From positions 1 to 52,166 of the IMG/VR virus record IMGVR_UViG_3300032288_002130: 52,166 nt of DNA; one strand, 5' to 3'. The translations under genes and the position numbers were made by a program. The notes beneath the pieces are model-generated. The model worked only from the letters and a program-made list of their open reading frames with translations, ran no database searches and was not told where the DNA came from. Positions within the stretch are counted from its first letter, which is position 1. Each line of letters begins with the position of its first letter. The stretch comes from a virus. Its lineage: Duplodnaviria > Caudoviricetes. Shown here one piece after another: positions 44,167 through 52,166 of this stretch.

Positions 44167-46973
44167 AAATAAATCAGATTACAATAAACGCTCATAGACC
44201 TTTATTTGAGTCTTATGGTCTAACAGATCAATACTTCGAAACTTGGCAAAGAGATATTCATCCTGTGCTATGTGAAGTAGCAATGGATCCTGCTCAAATT
44301 GAAAACTTATTCAAATCTGTAGAAAAAGGCGCCGGCCGTAGCGGAATAGGTAAAGGGATAGATGCAGTCAAAGGTGCCGCAAGTAAAATCAGTGATGTTT
44401 GGTTTAATAAATTAGGTGGCATGCTACAAAGCAGTGACATTGTACAAGGCTTTGATGCCAAGTGGGAACAAATTAAATCTAGTGTTGCCGAAAAACACCC
44501 TGACCTAGCTAAGTCTTTAGCCAAGTATAAACAGTTTGCAGATAACAACCCTAAAACACAAAAATTCTTATTAGCTATTGCGGCTTCGGTTGCGGCCGCG
44601 GCAGGTGTAGCACTTGCAGGCGGTATTGGTGCTAGTGCATTGGCAATTGGTTCTGGAACCGGTATTGCTGTTGGTATCATTAACATTGCCGATAGATTGC
44701 TAAAAGACGAAAAACTATCTACTGCCGTAGGCCGCGGAGCAACTGCCGGACTTGCAGCCGGTGTTACAGCAATGATTGGCGCAGCCGCGGCAAAAATACT
44801 GGGCGGGATGGTACAAGGTGTTGTCAAAGCAGTAGCAGGCGATGGCCGAGTAATGAAATATCAATTTATTAATACATTCGGGGAAAGTATTTCAGCAGTT
44901 GGTACTCCTGACGATATTAATATGTTTCAAAAATTAGTAAGAAAAATCGCAGATGCATCAAGTGATGGCGCGGCACAATCAGCTGCCGAAGCACTAGTAA
45001 GACTACAACAAAAAATGACTTCTCCTGAATATCTAGAAATGTTAGGTAAGGTAAGAGAAGCCAGAGCACTATTAGGTACAGCTAAAGAAGTAACAAAAGT
45101 TGTTAGTACTCTAGCAACTAGCATTGCAAGCGGTACTGCCGGCACAGCGGCGGCTGGAGCAGGCCAAAAGAAAGAATCAGTGTACCGAGTATCTTCTAGA
45201 AAATTAACAGAAGCTCAACTCAATGAATTATTTGGCATCACAGGTAATAAAGTTGATGCATCGACGTTAATGAAAGCATGGAAAAAAGCCGGTAGTCCAA
45301 CTGACAGCGAAGCAGTAGGAAAACTATTAACAGATAATGGTGTTGACAGTGGAGTAGTTTCTAAAGCATTTACTGATATTGGCGCTGAAGTACCTGCCTC
45401 GGTTAGCGGAACTAAAGCAGAACCTCGAATCGACGATCCTACTGGATCACCCACTGGAGAAACACCAGCACCAGCCCCAAGTGGAGAAACACCAGCACCA
45501 GCCCCAAGTGGCGAAACACCAGCAGGAGAAACACCTGCTCCTAAACCAGGAGAAGAAACTATGCCGGGAGAAACGGACAAAGCACCCGCAGCCTCTAGCG
45601 GAACAATCTTCGATGACTATAAAAAATTATATGTAATGTGGAATGATTACAGAGATAATGACGGTAAAATTATTCCTCAATTCCGCGGAGTTCTAAGAGA
45701 TATCTTATTAACAGCACTAAAAACAGTCGAAGGTAAACAAGTCTTTAACAATGCTGAAAGAATTTTAGCAGAAGCAATATTAAACGAATTAGGAAATAGA
45801 CCTAATGACTCTACTGTCCCAGGAGTTGCAGGCGGCGTTCCTAATGCAGTTGGTAACTTAAAAGACAGACGTCGTCAACGTGCTGATACATTAGCGAAGA
45901 ATCAAGCTAAAGATGCACCAGCACCTGGTCCAACACCTGGTCCAACACCTGGTCCAGCACCAACTCCAACACCTGGTCCAGCACCAACTCCGGCACCTGG
46001 TCCAACACCTGCTCCGGCACCTGCTCCGGCACCAACTCCAGCACCTGGTCCAACACCAGAACCAGAACAAAGTCCTATGCCTGGTCCTGCTAAAGGTAGC
46101 GGCGATTTATGGGATAAGATTGTACAGAGTTTTTATAGGTCTGGTAGAATTACAACTAATCCAAGAGATAACCTAGCACAAAAATTAGGTAACTGGGCTA
46201 CTAAGGCTGGAGGCTATACAGTAGGTTATGATAGCAAACCTGGCACAGGAGACAACCTGGACGGTGACAAAGGTGATACTTACGGTGGCGGCGGCGATAC
46301 AGGCGGAATCAAAAAAGGTGGCGGCTATAACATGGGCGGTCAGCAACAAGGTAATGGCGGGGGAGGCGGCGGCCCAGCCCCACGTCCAGGTCCAACACCT
46401 GCACCTGGTCCAACACCTCCAGGCCCAACACCTCCAGGCCCAACACCTCCAGGCCCAACACCCCCAGGTCCAACACCAGCACCTGCTCCGGCCCCAGGCG
46501 GCGAAACTCCAGCACCTGCTCCAGCTCCAAGTGGCGAAACTCCAGCACCAGCTCCTGGTAAAAAACATACAGGCGGTAAAGTTGCAGGACAGTTAAGTCA
46601 AACTCCAGGCGCAATTAAAAAACGTGCCGCAAGAGCAGCCGCAGGTGGCAAAGCACCAGCAGATGCAGGTGCAAATGCGTTCGGACAAATGGCCACAACA
46701 TTGGGTGGTACAAATACTACAACATCTAGCACAGGTGGAACTACAACAACTACACCAACTGGAAAAGTTCATAAAGCCAGTCCTAACAACCCAAATAATA
46801 CTCAAGCTAAAAAGGCAGAACCAGCAAAGCCCACAGATGATGAAATCGAAGCAGATCGTAATCGTTTAATGGGCAACTTTACAGATAGTTACGATAATCA
46901 AAAAAATCCTGTACTTGAAAGTTTTGCTAGATTAAATAAAGCCATTATAAAAAATATGGAATCTAAGAAATGA
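44163..46973 (+). CDS. Large putative internal / ejection protein with Ala-Gly hydrophobic segments and Pro-rich repeats
   Basis: MKINQI leader; FLLAIAASVAAAAGVALAGGIGASALAIG; three Pro-Thr-Gly-Ala repeat blocks. Confidence 0.7.
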   Translation: MKINQITINAHRPLFESYGLTDQYFETWQRDIHPVLCEVAMDPAQIENLFKSVEKGAGRSGIGKGIDAVKGAASKISDVWFNKLGGMLQSSDIVQGFDAKWEQIKSSVAEKHPDLAKSLAKYKQFADNNPKTQKFLLAIAASVAAAAGVALAGGIGASALAIGSGTGIAVGIINIADRLLKDEKLSTAVGRGATAGLAAGVTAMIGAAAAKILGGMVQGVVKAVAGDGRVMKYQFINTFGESISAVGTPDDINMFQKLVRKIADASSDGAAQSAAEALVRLQQKMTSPEYLEMLGKVREARALLGTAKEVTKVVSTLATSIASGTAGTAAAGAGQKKESVYRVSSRKLTEAQLNELFGITGNKVDASTLMKAWKKAGSPTDSEAVGKLLTDNGVDSGVVSKAFTDIGAEVPASVSGTKAEPRIDDPTGSPTGETPAPAPSGETPAPAPSGETPAGETPAPKPGEETMPGETDKAPAASSGTIFDDYKKLYVMWNDYRDNDGKIIPQFRGVLRDILLTALKTVEGKQVFNNAERILAEAILNELGNRPNDSTVPGVAGGVPNAVGNLKDRRRQRADTLAKNQAKDAPAPGPTPGPTPGPAPTPTPGPAPTPAPGPTPAPAPAPAPTPAPGPTPEPEQSPMPGPAKGSGDLWDKIVQSFYRSGRITTNPRDNLAQKLGNWATKAGGYTVGYDSKPGTGDNLDGDKGDTYGGGGDTGGIKKGGGYNMGGQQQGNGGGGGGPAPRPGPTPAPGPTPPGPTPPGPTPPGPTPPGPTPAPAPAPGGETPAPAPAPSGETPAPAPGKKHTGGKVAGQLSQTPGAIKKRAARAAAGGKAPADAGANAFGQMATTLGGTNTTTSSTGGTTTTTPTGKVHKASPNNPNNTQAKKAEPAKPTDDEIEADRNRLMGNFTDSYDNQKNPVLESFARLNKAIIKNMESKK
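45915..46560 (+). repeat. Two blocks of short coding tandem repeats (PGPT, PGPTP, PAPA)
   Basis: CCTGGTCCAACA 12-mers near 45924-46060 and CCAGGCCCAACACCT 15-mers near 46405-46480. Confidence 0.8.
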
Positions 46974-48298
46974 AAATAAGTGAAATTACATTAGCTGGCT
47001 CACGCAAACGCCCAAAACGTTTGCGTCAAGAGCGTGTTAAACAAAACGACTTAATGATCAAGGAAGCCGCTGAAGGTAAAAATACTCACCTAGAACATTT
47101 AGAAGATGAAATTATTAATAAAGGCTATGCAGGTATTCAACAAGTAACAGATACTTTGCAAGGCCTAAGCAACATGCTGGCCGGTAGCGCAGATAAGAAA
47201 TATAAAATTTCCACTAAGTGGGATGGCGCCCCTGCTATCATTTGCGGTATAGATCCTACTGATGGCAAGTTCTTTGTAGGTACAAAAAGTGTATTTGCAA
47301 AAAATCCTAAGCTAGTAAAAAGCAAACGAGATGTCGCTACAATGTACGGTGAACAACCTGAATTGGCTGCAAAGTTATTAACATCACTGACATACCTTAG
47401 TAAGATTGGAATCGAAGGTGTATTGCAGGGAGACTTGTTATATGCTGGGCCCGAAGATTTAACACAAGCCACTATCGAAGGTCAAGAATATCTTACATTT
47501 AGACCAAACACAATTACATACGCTGTTCCAGCCGGTAGCGAACTAGCTAATAAAATATTATCTACTAAAATGGGCATTGTATTCCACACAGAATATGTTG
47601 GAGGTCCTACACTAGCAGAAATGACAGCGCAATTTGGTTACGATGCTAGTCCTTTTTCCCATAGTAGAAATGTATGGGTTAATGATGCACTAGTCAAAGA
47701 CTTATCTGGCACAGCAACAATGACAGAGGAAGAAACTACCAATGTTAATACAGCGATTGCCAATGTACACAGTGCCGCAGAATCTATAAAACCAGAAACG
47801 TTTGAGTGGATTAATCATGATTTAAGCGGTGTTGATTTTAAAACAGATTTAAAAGCACACATTAACAGTATGATTAGAACTGCTGGTAATTTTGAAAGCG
47901 ACCCAGGGCAGTTTGCAATCGGTTATATCAATCGCTATAGAACTAAAATGCAACAGGCTATCGAAGTTATGAAGTCGGAAAAAGGCCGTCAGGGTAAACA
48001 GCAGGCTCTAGAAGATGGTTTAAATTTTTTAAATAGTCATGTAAATGATCTCAAAGCATTTTATAATTTGTACATGAGAGCAATGACAGCCAAATTATTC
48101 TTAGTTAAAAAATTAGCCCAAGTTAAGAGTTTGGATAGTTTCTTAGAAACAGGCCCAGGTGAATATAAAGTCACACCCGAAGAAGGCAAAGTTATTATTG
48201 ATCATATGGGCAACGCAGTTAAGCTAGTAGACCGTTTAGAGTTTAGTCGTGCTAACTTTACAATGCCTAAAAATTGGGGCGCCAAAGGTGGACAGTAA
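46970..48298 (+). CDS. Ligase-like nucleotidyltransferase (DUF6267-like)
   Basis: KNTHLEHLED; motif I TKWDG; LQGDLL; EGKV; VKLVDRLEFS resemble ATP-dependent ligase motifs I, III, IV, V. Confidence 0.7.
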   Translation: MKISEITLAGSRKRPKRLRQERVKQNDLMIKEAAEGKNTHLEHLEDEIINKGYAGIQQVTDTLQGLSNMLAGSADKKYKISTKWDGAPAIICGIDPTDGKFFVGTKSVFAKNPKLVKSKRDVATMYGEQPELAAKLLTSLTYLSKIGIEGVLQGDLLYAGPEDLTQATIEGQEYLTFRPNTITYAVPAGSELANKILSTKMGIVFHTEYVGGPTLAEMTAQFGYDASPFSHSRNVWVNDALVKDLSGTATMTEEETTNVNTAIANVHSAAESIKPETFEWINHDLSGVDFKTDLKAHINSMIRTAGNFESDPGQFAIGYINRYRTKMQQAIEVMKSEKGRQGKQQALEDGLNFLNSHVNDLKAFYNLYMRAMTAKLFLVKKLAQVKSLDSFLETGPGEYKVTPEEGKVIIDHMGNAVKLVDRLEFSRANFTMPKNWGAKGGQ

Positions 48299-48944
48299 TT
48301 TATTAGAAGAACTAGCCAGTAGGAATATAAGTTCTACTTACATGGAAAGTAAGTTTTATCTATATGCAGGCAACGTTCAAAATATTACATTTAGGGAGTT
48401 AGCAGACTTAGCATTTATGGGTATGCTATCTTTGTATGTTTTATACCAAGAATCTCATACCAGGCAGTTTGCATCTGACTATGCAGAAAATACCATTAAA
48501 TGGGATATGACTGCTAAGTTCAAACCGCATAGAATTAATGCATCAGATCTATACATTACTATGCAAGCTATCATGGATTATGAAAAAAGCATGATAGCAG
48601 GCAAACTAAAATTTACACCCGAAGAAGAAACTATTAGAAACCGATTCAAACCTAGAATTTTAACTGCTGATTTGCGTAGACTTTTAGTAGAAATGAAAGA
48701 TTTACAACTAAGTACACGCGACACTTGGTTACGCTATTTTTGGTTTAAACTAAATCAAGCATTATATGTAGAAGATACTACTATGATGAATTTACGTAGA
48801 AAAGTATCAAGCTGGCACTCTTTACCAAAAAGCGAAAAAATATATGTTATAGCCAGGTTAAACAACTGGTTTAACACTCATGGACGTAGATTTGATCTGC
48901 GCCCTGCACTCAATCAACTAGCTAGAGCTAGGGATATAGAATGA
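48288..48944 (+). CDS. Hypothetical protein
   Basis: Probable GTG start overlapping the previous stop; helical; start uncertain. Confidence 0.65.
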   Translation: MDSNLLEELASRNISSTYMESKFYLYAGNVQNITFRELADLAFMGMLSLYVLYQESHTRQFASDYAENTIKWDMTAKFKPHRINASDLYITMQAIMDYEKSMIAGKLKFTPEEETIRNRFKPRILTADLRRLLVEMKDLQLSTRDTWLRYFWFKLNQALYVEDTTMMNLRRKVSSWHSLPKSEKIYVIARLNNWFNTHGRRFDLRPALNQLARARDIE

Positions 48945-49029
48945 TGCATTTCTTTGGTATAAAATACCAAATCTGCTAAATAAAAGTAACAACCTTGTAA
49001 GGTTATAAAATAATTTAGGAGTCATAATT

Positions 49030-49323
49030 ATGGCAACAGTAACTCGTGTAAACGGCGCAGCCGGTAGTTTTCAGGCTTTCGGCCGTAGCATTCGCTTCTT
49101 GACAGTAGCTCAAAGCGATGCAACAGCTTTAGAATTAGAAGCTATCGTTAGTGCTATCACAGCTCAAGGCTTAACAGTAGAAGCTATCGGTGCTTTCACA
49201 GCCGGTGTAAGCGATACAGTTAACATCATCGTTAGCGGTAACGAAGCAGTAGCTACATCTGCTCTACAGACAGCAGCCGCTGCCGCTGTAGCTGGTACAA
49301 CTGTAAGCGACATGGCATTCTAA
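49030..49323 (+). CDS. Small Ala-rich structural protein (decoration-like), probably abundant
   Basis: TAAATA 48977, AGGAG RBS, strongly biased codons, own terminator. Confidence 0.75.
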   Translation: MATVTRVNGAAGSFQAFGRSIRFLTVAQSDATALELEAIVSAITAQGLTVEAIGAFTAGVSDTVNIIVSGNEAVATSALQTAAAAAVAGTTVSDMAF

Positions 49324-49346
49324 TCCTTAGGATTAATGACATAAAC

Positions 49347-49374
49347 ATACCCTGCTTCGGCAGGGTATTTTTTT
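49347..49374 (+). terminator. Rho-independent terminator with UUCG loop
   Basis: ATACCCTGC-TTCG-GCAGGGTAT-TTTTTT. Confidence 0.9.
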
Positions 49375-49408
49375 GCTAAATATCTATAACTATAATTAGG
49401 TGGTAGAT

Positions 49409-49876
49409 ATGGCTACAGTAATAAAACCAAACGGTACAGCAAGAAGTACAGAAAACATTGGCGGAGACCCAGACTTTTTCACAGTCTATTCTCTAGTCGA
49501 TATAACAGATACAGGTGTTAGTGACAGCAGAGTAACACCTGCCAAACCCTACAACCAGGCACAGAATCTAAACAGTTTAATTCAGTGTGTGAGCCTACGT
49601 GTTCAACCCAACCTTATCAGTGTTGATAAGTTAACGGGAGAAGCAATGGCTGATCATGAATTTGGCTCGGCATTCACTGGATCTCAAACAGTATGGGTTT
49701 TAAAATTTGCCACTGAACGTAGCGGATACACAGACGAAGCAAGACTAAAAATAGATGTTGACGGATTGCCTGTCATAACAGGATTAGATGAAACAGCCAC
49801 TTTAAGTACAGCAGTTTTTAATAGCCTGAGCAATACTAATAGAAATATCTACTTTATACAGCACACAACACTATAA
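49409..49876 (+). CDS. Hypothetical structural protein
   Basis: TAAATA 49377, AGGTGG RBS; MATVIKPNG resembles MATVTRVNG of the upstream gene. Confidence 0.7.
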   Translation: MATVIKPNGTARSTENIGGDPDFFTVYSLVDITDTGVSDSRVTPAKPYNQAQNLNSLIQCVSLRVQPNLISVDKLTGEAMADHEFGSAFTGSQTVWVLKFATERSGYTDEARLKIDVDGLPVITGLDETATLSTAVFNSLSNTNRNIYFIQHTTL

Positions 49877-49938
49877 ATAATAATTAATCTGACTCAAAAA
49901 TGCAAGTTTCCCGAAGAAACGGAGAAAGAATAGAAAAT

Positions 49939-50223
49939 ATGAGTGACTTAGAAAAACAGAATCTAGAAGCGCATGTGGATTTGTGTGCAGAACGATATAA
50001 GAGATTAGAAGAAAAGTTCAACACTGTTGAGCTTCGTTTAAGCTCTTTAAAACAAGATGTTGCACTACTAGAATCCAACATGGATAATAAACATAAAGAA
50101 CTAGTTTCCATGATTCAAGAATCTTCTAGTAGTCGATTTAAAGTGTTAGTTGCCACTACAGGTACCATAGTAGCATCGTTGCTAACAGTATTAGGTTATT
50201 TGATTTTAAATTTAAAACACTGA
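49939..50223 (+). CDS. Coiled-coil protein with C-terminal transmembrane helix (possible holin / XhlA-like)
   Basis: LEAHVDLCAERY coiled coil then VLVATTGTIVASLLTVLGYLIL; TATAAATA at 49872. Confidence 0.6.
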   Translation: MSDLEKQNLEAHVDLCAERYKRLEEKFNTVELRLSSLKQDVALLESNMDNKHKELVSMIQESSSSRFKVLVATTGTIVASLLTVLGYLILNLKH

Positions 50224-50224
50224 T

Positions 50225-50518
50225 ATGTTAATAGAAGATATTGTACAAGAACAAGAACTAATTGTCGAAGCCCGAATGGTTTGGGCCCGCAAAGGAAAGA
50301 AACTTGTTCGCAAAATTCGTTGTACATCGGGACGTAAAAAAGGTCGTACAGTATCCAAAGCCAGTGCATGTGGTAAAGCAATTGATTTAAAAAAGCGTTT
50401 TTTGATGCGTAAACTGTTACGTACCAAAGGCTCACAAATGAGACGCAAAGCATTAAGAACGAAACGTACTAGTGCTTTAAGCAGACGTTTACGTAGCATG
50501 AACAAGAGAAAAAAATGA
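50225..50518 (+). CDS. Very basic small protein with acidic leader
   Basis: MLIEDIVQEQELIVE then Arg/Lys-rich body with two Cys. Confidence 0.75.
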   Translation: MLIEDIVQEQELIVEARMVWARKGKKLVRKIRCTSGRKKGRTVSKASACGKAIDLKKRFLMRKLLRTKGSQMRRKALRTKRTSALSRRLRSMNKRKK

Positions 50519-50718
50519 GAGCAATAACTTTAGAAAACAATACCGCAGTATTGGTAAACAATGAAGAACATAAGTTATACGAGCGCATTGCTGTTGCTCC
50601 GGTGGCTCTTAAAGAATTAGACAGCAGGGACAAAGAAGTCAGTAAGCAGTTATTCATGAAGGGTCTGCTGAAAAAAGTTAAAAACGAAAATACAATTTAT
50701 TTTAAGGCAGTCAAATGA
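50515..50718 (+). CDS. Small protein, possible winged helix
   Basis: LDSRDKEVSKQLFMKGLLKKV...IYF; ATGA overlaps at both ends. Confidence 0.65.
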   Translation: MRAITLENNTAVLVNNEEHKLYERIAVAPVALKELDSRDKEVSKQLFMKGLLKKVKNENTIYFKAVK

Positions 50719-52166
50719 AAGCAAAAAACCTACTAGGCGAAAAAATGATTGACAATCATAAAGCAGCCATTCCTGGTATGTCGAAGTTAAAAACAGATCA
50801 GTACTACGGTACATACCAATGGAGTAAGGATGTTGCCGGTCATGACGGAAAAAAACAAACAGCACCTAAAATTGATAATGATGAATTTAATGATACCGCT
50901 GTAGTAGGTGGATTAAGCAACACAGAACATACCATGGCTAAAAAAGCAGCCAACGGAAAAGTAACAACAGTAACAGGACCTGGAAGTAAAGAAAATAAAG
51001 ACATACAAACTAAAAGTCCACTGACCAAAGTCAAAGAAAATAACATGAGCGAAGCACGTATGAGTGCCGCAGTTAAACTACAACGTGCATGGGAAAGAGA
51101 AAAAGCCAAAAGCGATGCTAGCCGTAAGCGAGGCGAAGAGATAATGGCCCAGGCTAAGAAGGATGCTGAAAAGAAATCTAAAGAGCAAAGTGCGGCGGAA
51201 GGCTTGAATGAAATGGACAAAACACAAACTCCACCAGGACGAGATGGTGATATCGATTGGACTAAGAAACAAATACACTTAGGCCCAGAGCGTATGATGA
51301 AAGCCAAAGATGTTGCCAAACATGCTCTAAAGGCCTTAGACAAGACAATGAAAAAAAGTACACCCAAGAAAAAAGGTGTGGCGGAAGGCGCAATGCCAGC
51401 CAGCGTGATAAAACAAAAAGAAAGTATTCGTTTAGCCAGTGACGAAGAAAACAAAAAACGTTTCAAAGGCAAAACTAAAGCTGAACTAGCACAAATGGCC
51501 CGCAGGCACGGTTACAAAGATAAAAACCCATACGCTAAATTTCACGATGGCATAACAGAATCTATTCAAGGTGTGGCGGAAGGCTTTAACGAATCATTCT
51601 CATCCGACGAACTGTCGATACTGAATCAATACCTAGACGATGAAATCAGTTGGCACGAACTAAAACGAGGTTATAGAGATTTAGTAGTCAAAGCCATTAA
51701 ACGTTTTGATGTTGTGTCAATGTCCGGCGTCCCGATGGAATTTCAGTTCCATGATCGTTTAGTACAGGCCCGTGATGAAGGTGAACTCAGTAAGCAAGGT
51801 GTAACGGAATTTGCTCCTGCGGGTGGCGGCACGCCTCCACGTGGTCCTAAAACTCCTGGTAAAGATCCATGGGGCGGTAATGACGGCCCGGGCGATGATC
51901 CTTACAGCAGACCTGAGCCAGAATATTATAGTCGTAGTATAGACTTCTTTGGAAAGTTTGAAGCAGACCACTTTGACAAAGAAGACTTTAATGAAAAGAC
52001 TGGTGTGTTCAAAGGCTATTGGGAAAATAATGACGGCAGTTTAGTGCAGATTGCTTATTTCAAATTTGATGATCCTCGACAGGCTGCTAGAGAATTTGAC
52101 GACTCTCCTGGCATGGGTTGGTATTACGAGCCCGTTGATGAAAGCGTTAAAGAAGATCCAGACCGC
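50715..52166 (+). CDS. Modular polyprotein-like virion protein with GVAEG linkers, 3'-truncated (absent from ORF track)
   Basis: Translated by hand from ATG 50715 (MKAKNLLGEKMIDNHK...): 484 codons with no stop before the window end. Confidence 0.85.
   Translation, partial: MKAKNLLGEKMIDNHKAAIPGMSKLKTDQYYGTYQWSKDVAGHDGKKQTAPKIDNDEFNDTAVVGGLSNTEHTMAKKAANGKVTTVTGPGSKENKDIQTKSPLTKVKENNMSEARMSAAVKLQRAWEREKAKSDASRKRGEEIMAQAKKDAEKKSKEQSAAEGLNEMDKTQTPPGRDGDIDWTKKQIHLGPERMMKAKDVAKHALKALDKTMKKSTPKKKGVAEGAMPASVIKQKESIRLASDEENKKRFKGKTKAELAQMARRHGYKDKNPYAKFHDGITESIQGVAEGFNESFSSDELSILNQYLDDEISWHELKRGYRDLVVKAIKRFDVVSMSGVPMEFQFHDRLVQARDEGELSKQGVTEFAPAGGGTPPRGPKTPGKDPWGGNDGPGDDPYSRPEPEYYSRSIDFFGKFEADHFDKEDFNEKTGVFKGYWENNDGSLVQIAYFKFDDPRQAAREFDDSPGMGWYYEPVDESVKEDPDR
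51186..51809 (+). repeat. Four dispersed in-frame copies of an ~18-nt linker repeat (consensus CAAGGTGTGGCGGAAGGC)
   Basis: 51186 CAAAGTGCGGCGGAAGGC; 51372 AAAGGTGTGGCGGAAGGC; 51567 CAAGGTGTGGCGGAAGGC; 51795 CAAGGTGTAACGGAA. Confidence 0.85.

Noticed and set aside
43436-46869. Many alternative-frame and antisense ORFs (HLVQ, LEVLG, CWAWR repeats)
   Set aside because: By-products of Pro-rich tandem repeats in the real genes.
50840-51472. 210-aa minus-strand ORF at the right end
   Set aside because: Antisense shadow of the plus-strand ORF from 50715, which is coupled to the upstream operon.
51186-51809. CRISPR array interpretation of the spaced GVAEG repeats
   Set aside because: Repeats are about 18 nt, non-palindromic, in frame within a CDS and separated by about 170-210 nt; no cas genes in the window.
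1-52166. Alternative genetic code
   Set aside because: Core genes are full length and tightly packed in the standard code.
1-52166. tRNA or rRNA genes
   Set aside because: Intergenic gaps are short and accounted for by promoters and terminators; no cloverleaf recognised by eye, though a tRNAscan run would be needed to exclude one.

Overview
This 52-kb window is part of a large, AT-rich, T4-related myovirus genome (probably a jumbo phage), read in the standard genetic code. T4-like morphogenesis genes (neck gp13/gp14, gp15-like tail terminator, sheath, tube, gp4, terminase, three tail-fibre genes) are interleaved with replication and recombination genes (dNMP kinase, gp32 SSB, UvsX/UvsY/UvsW, primase, DnaB/gp41 helicase). 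Two promoter classes can be read from the sequence: sigma70-type (TTGACA-17-TATAAT) before early and replication genes, and TAAATA late boxes before virion genes. Most unusual observations: (1) an ORF missing from the supplied track (50715 to the window end) built of unrelated 60-75 aa modules joined by a nucleotide-conserved GVAEG linker, inside an operon of proteins with T4 internal-protein-like leaders that includes an RNA-ligase-like enzyme; (2) a 195-aa minimal family-C (DnaE-like) polymerase with all three catalytic aspartates, in a coupled four-gene operon; (3) three tandem perfect sigma70 promoters whose spacers are 9-3-9 palindromes, upstream of a codon-atypical AAA+ ATPase; (4) several apparently leaderless genes and promoter-straddling hairpins; (5) a possible degenerate Hint-fold protein and an ErpA/IscA auxiliary gene. 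No tRNA, rRNA, CRISPR array, integrase or transposase was recognised. All functional calls come from motif recognition by eye, not database searches.
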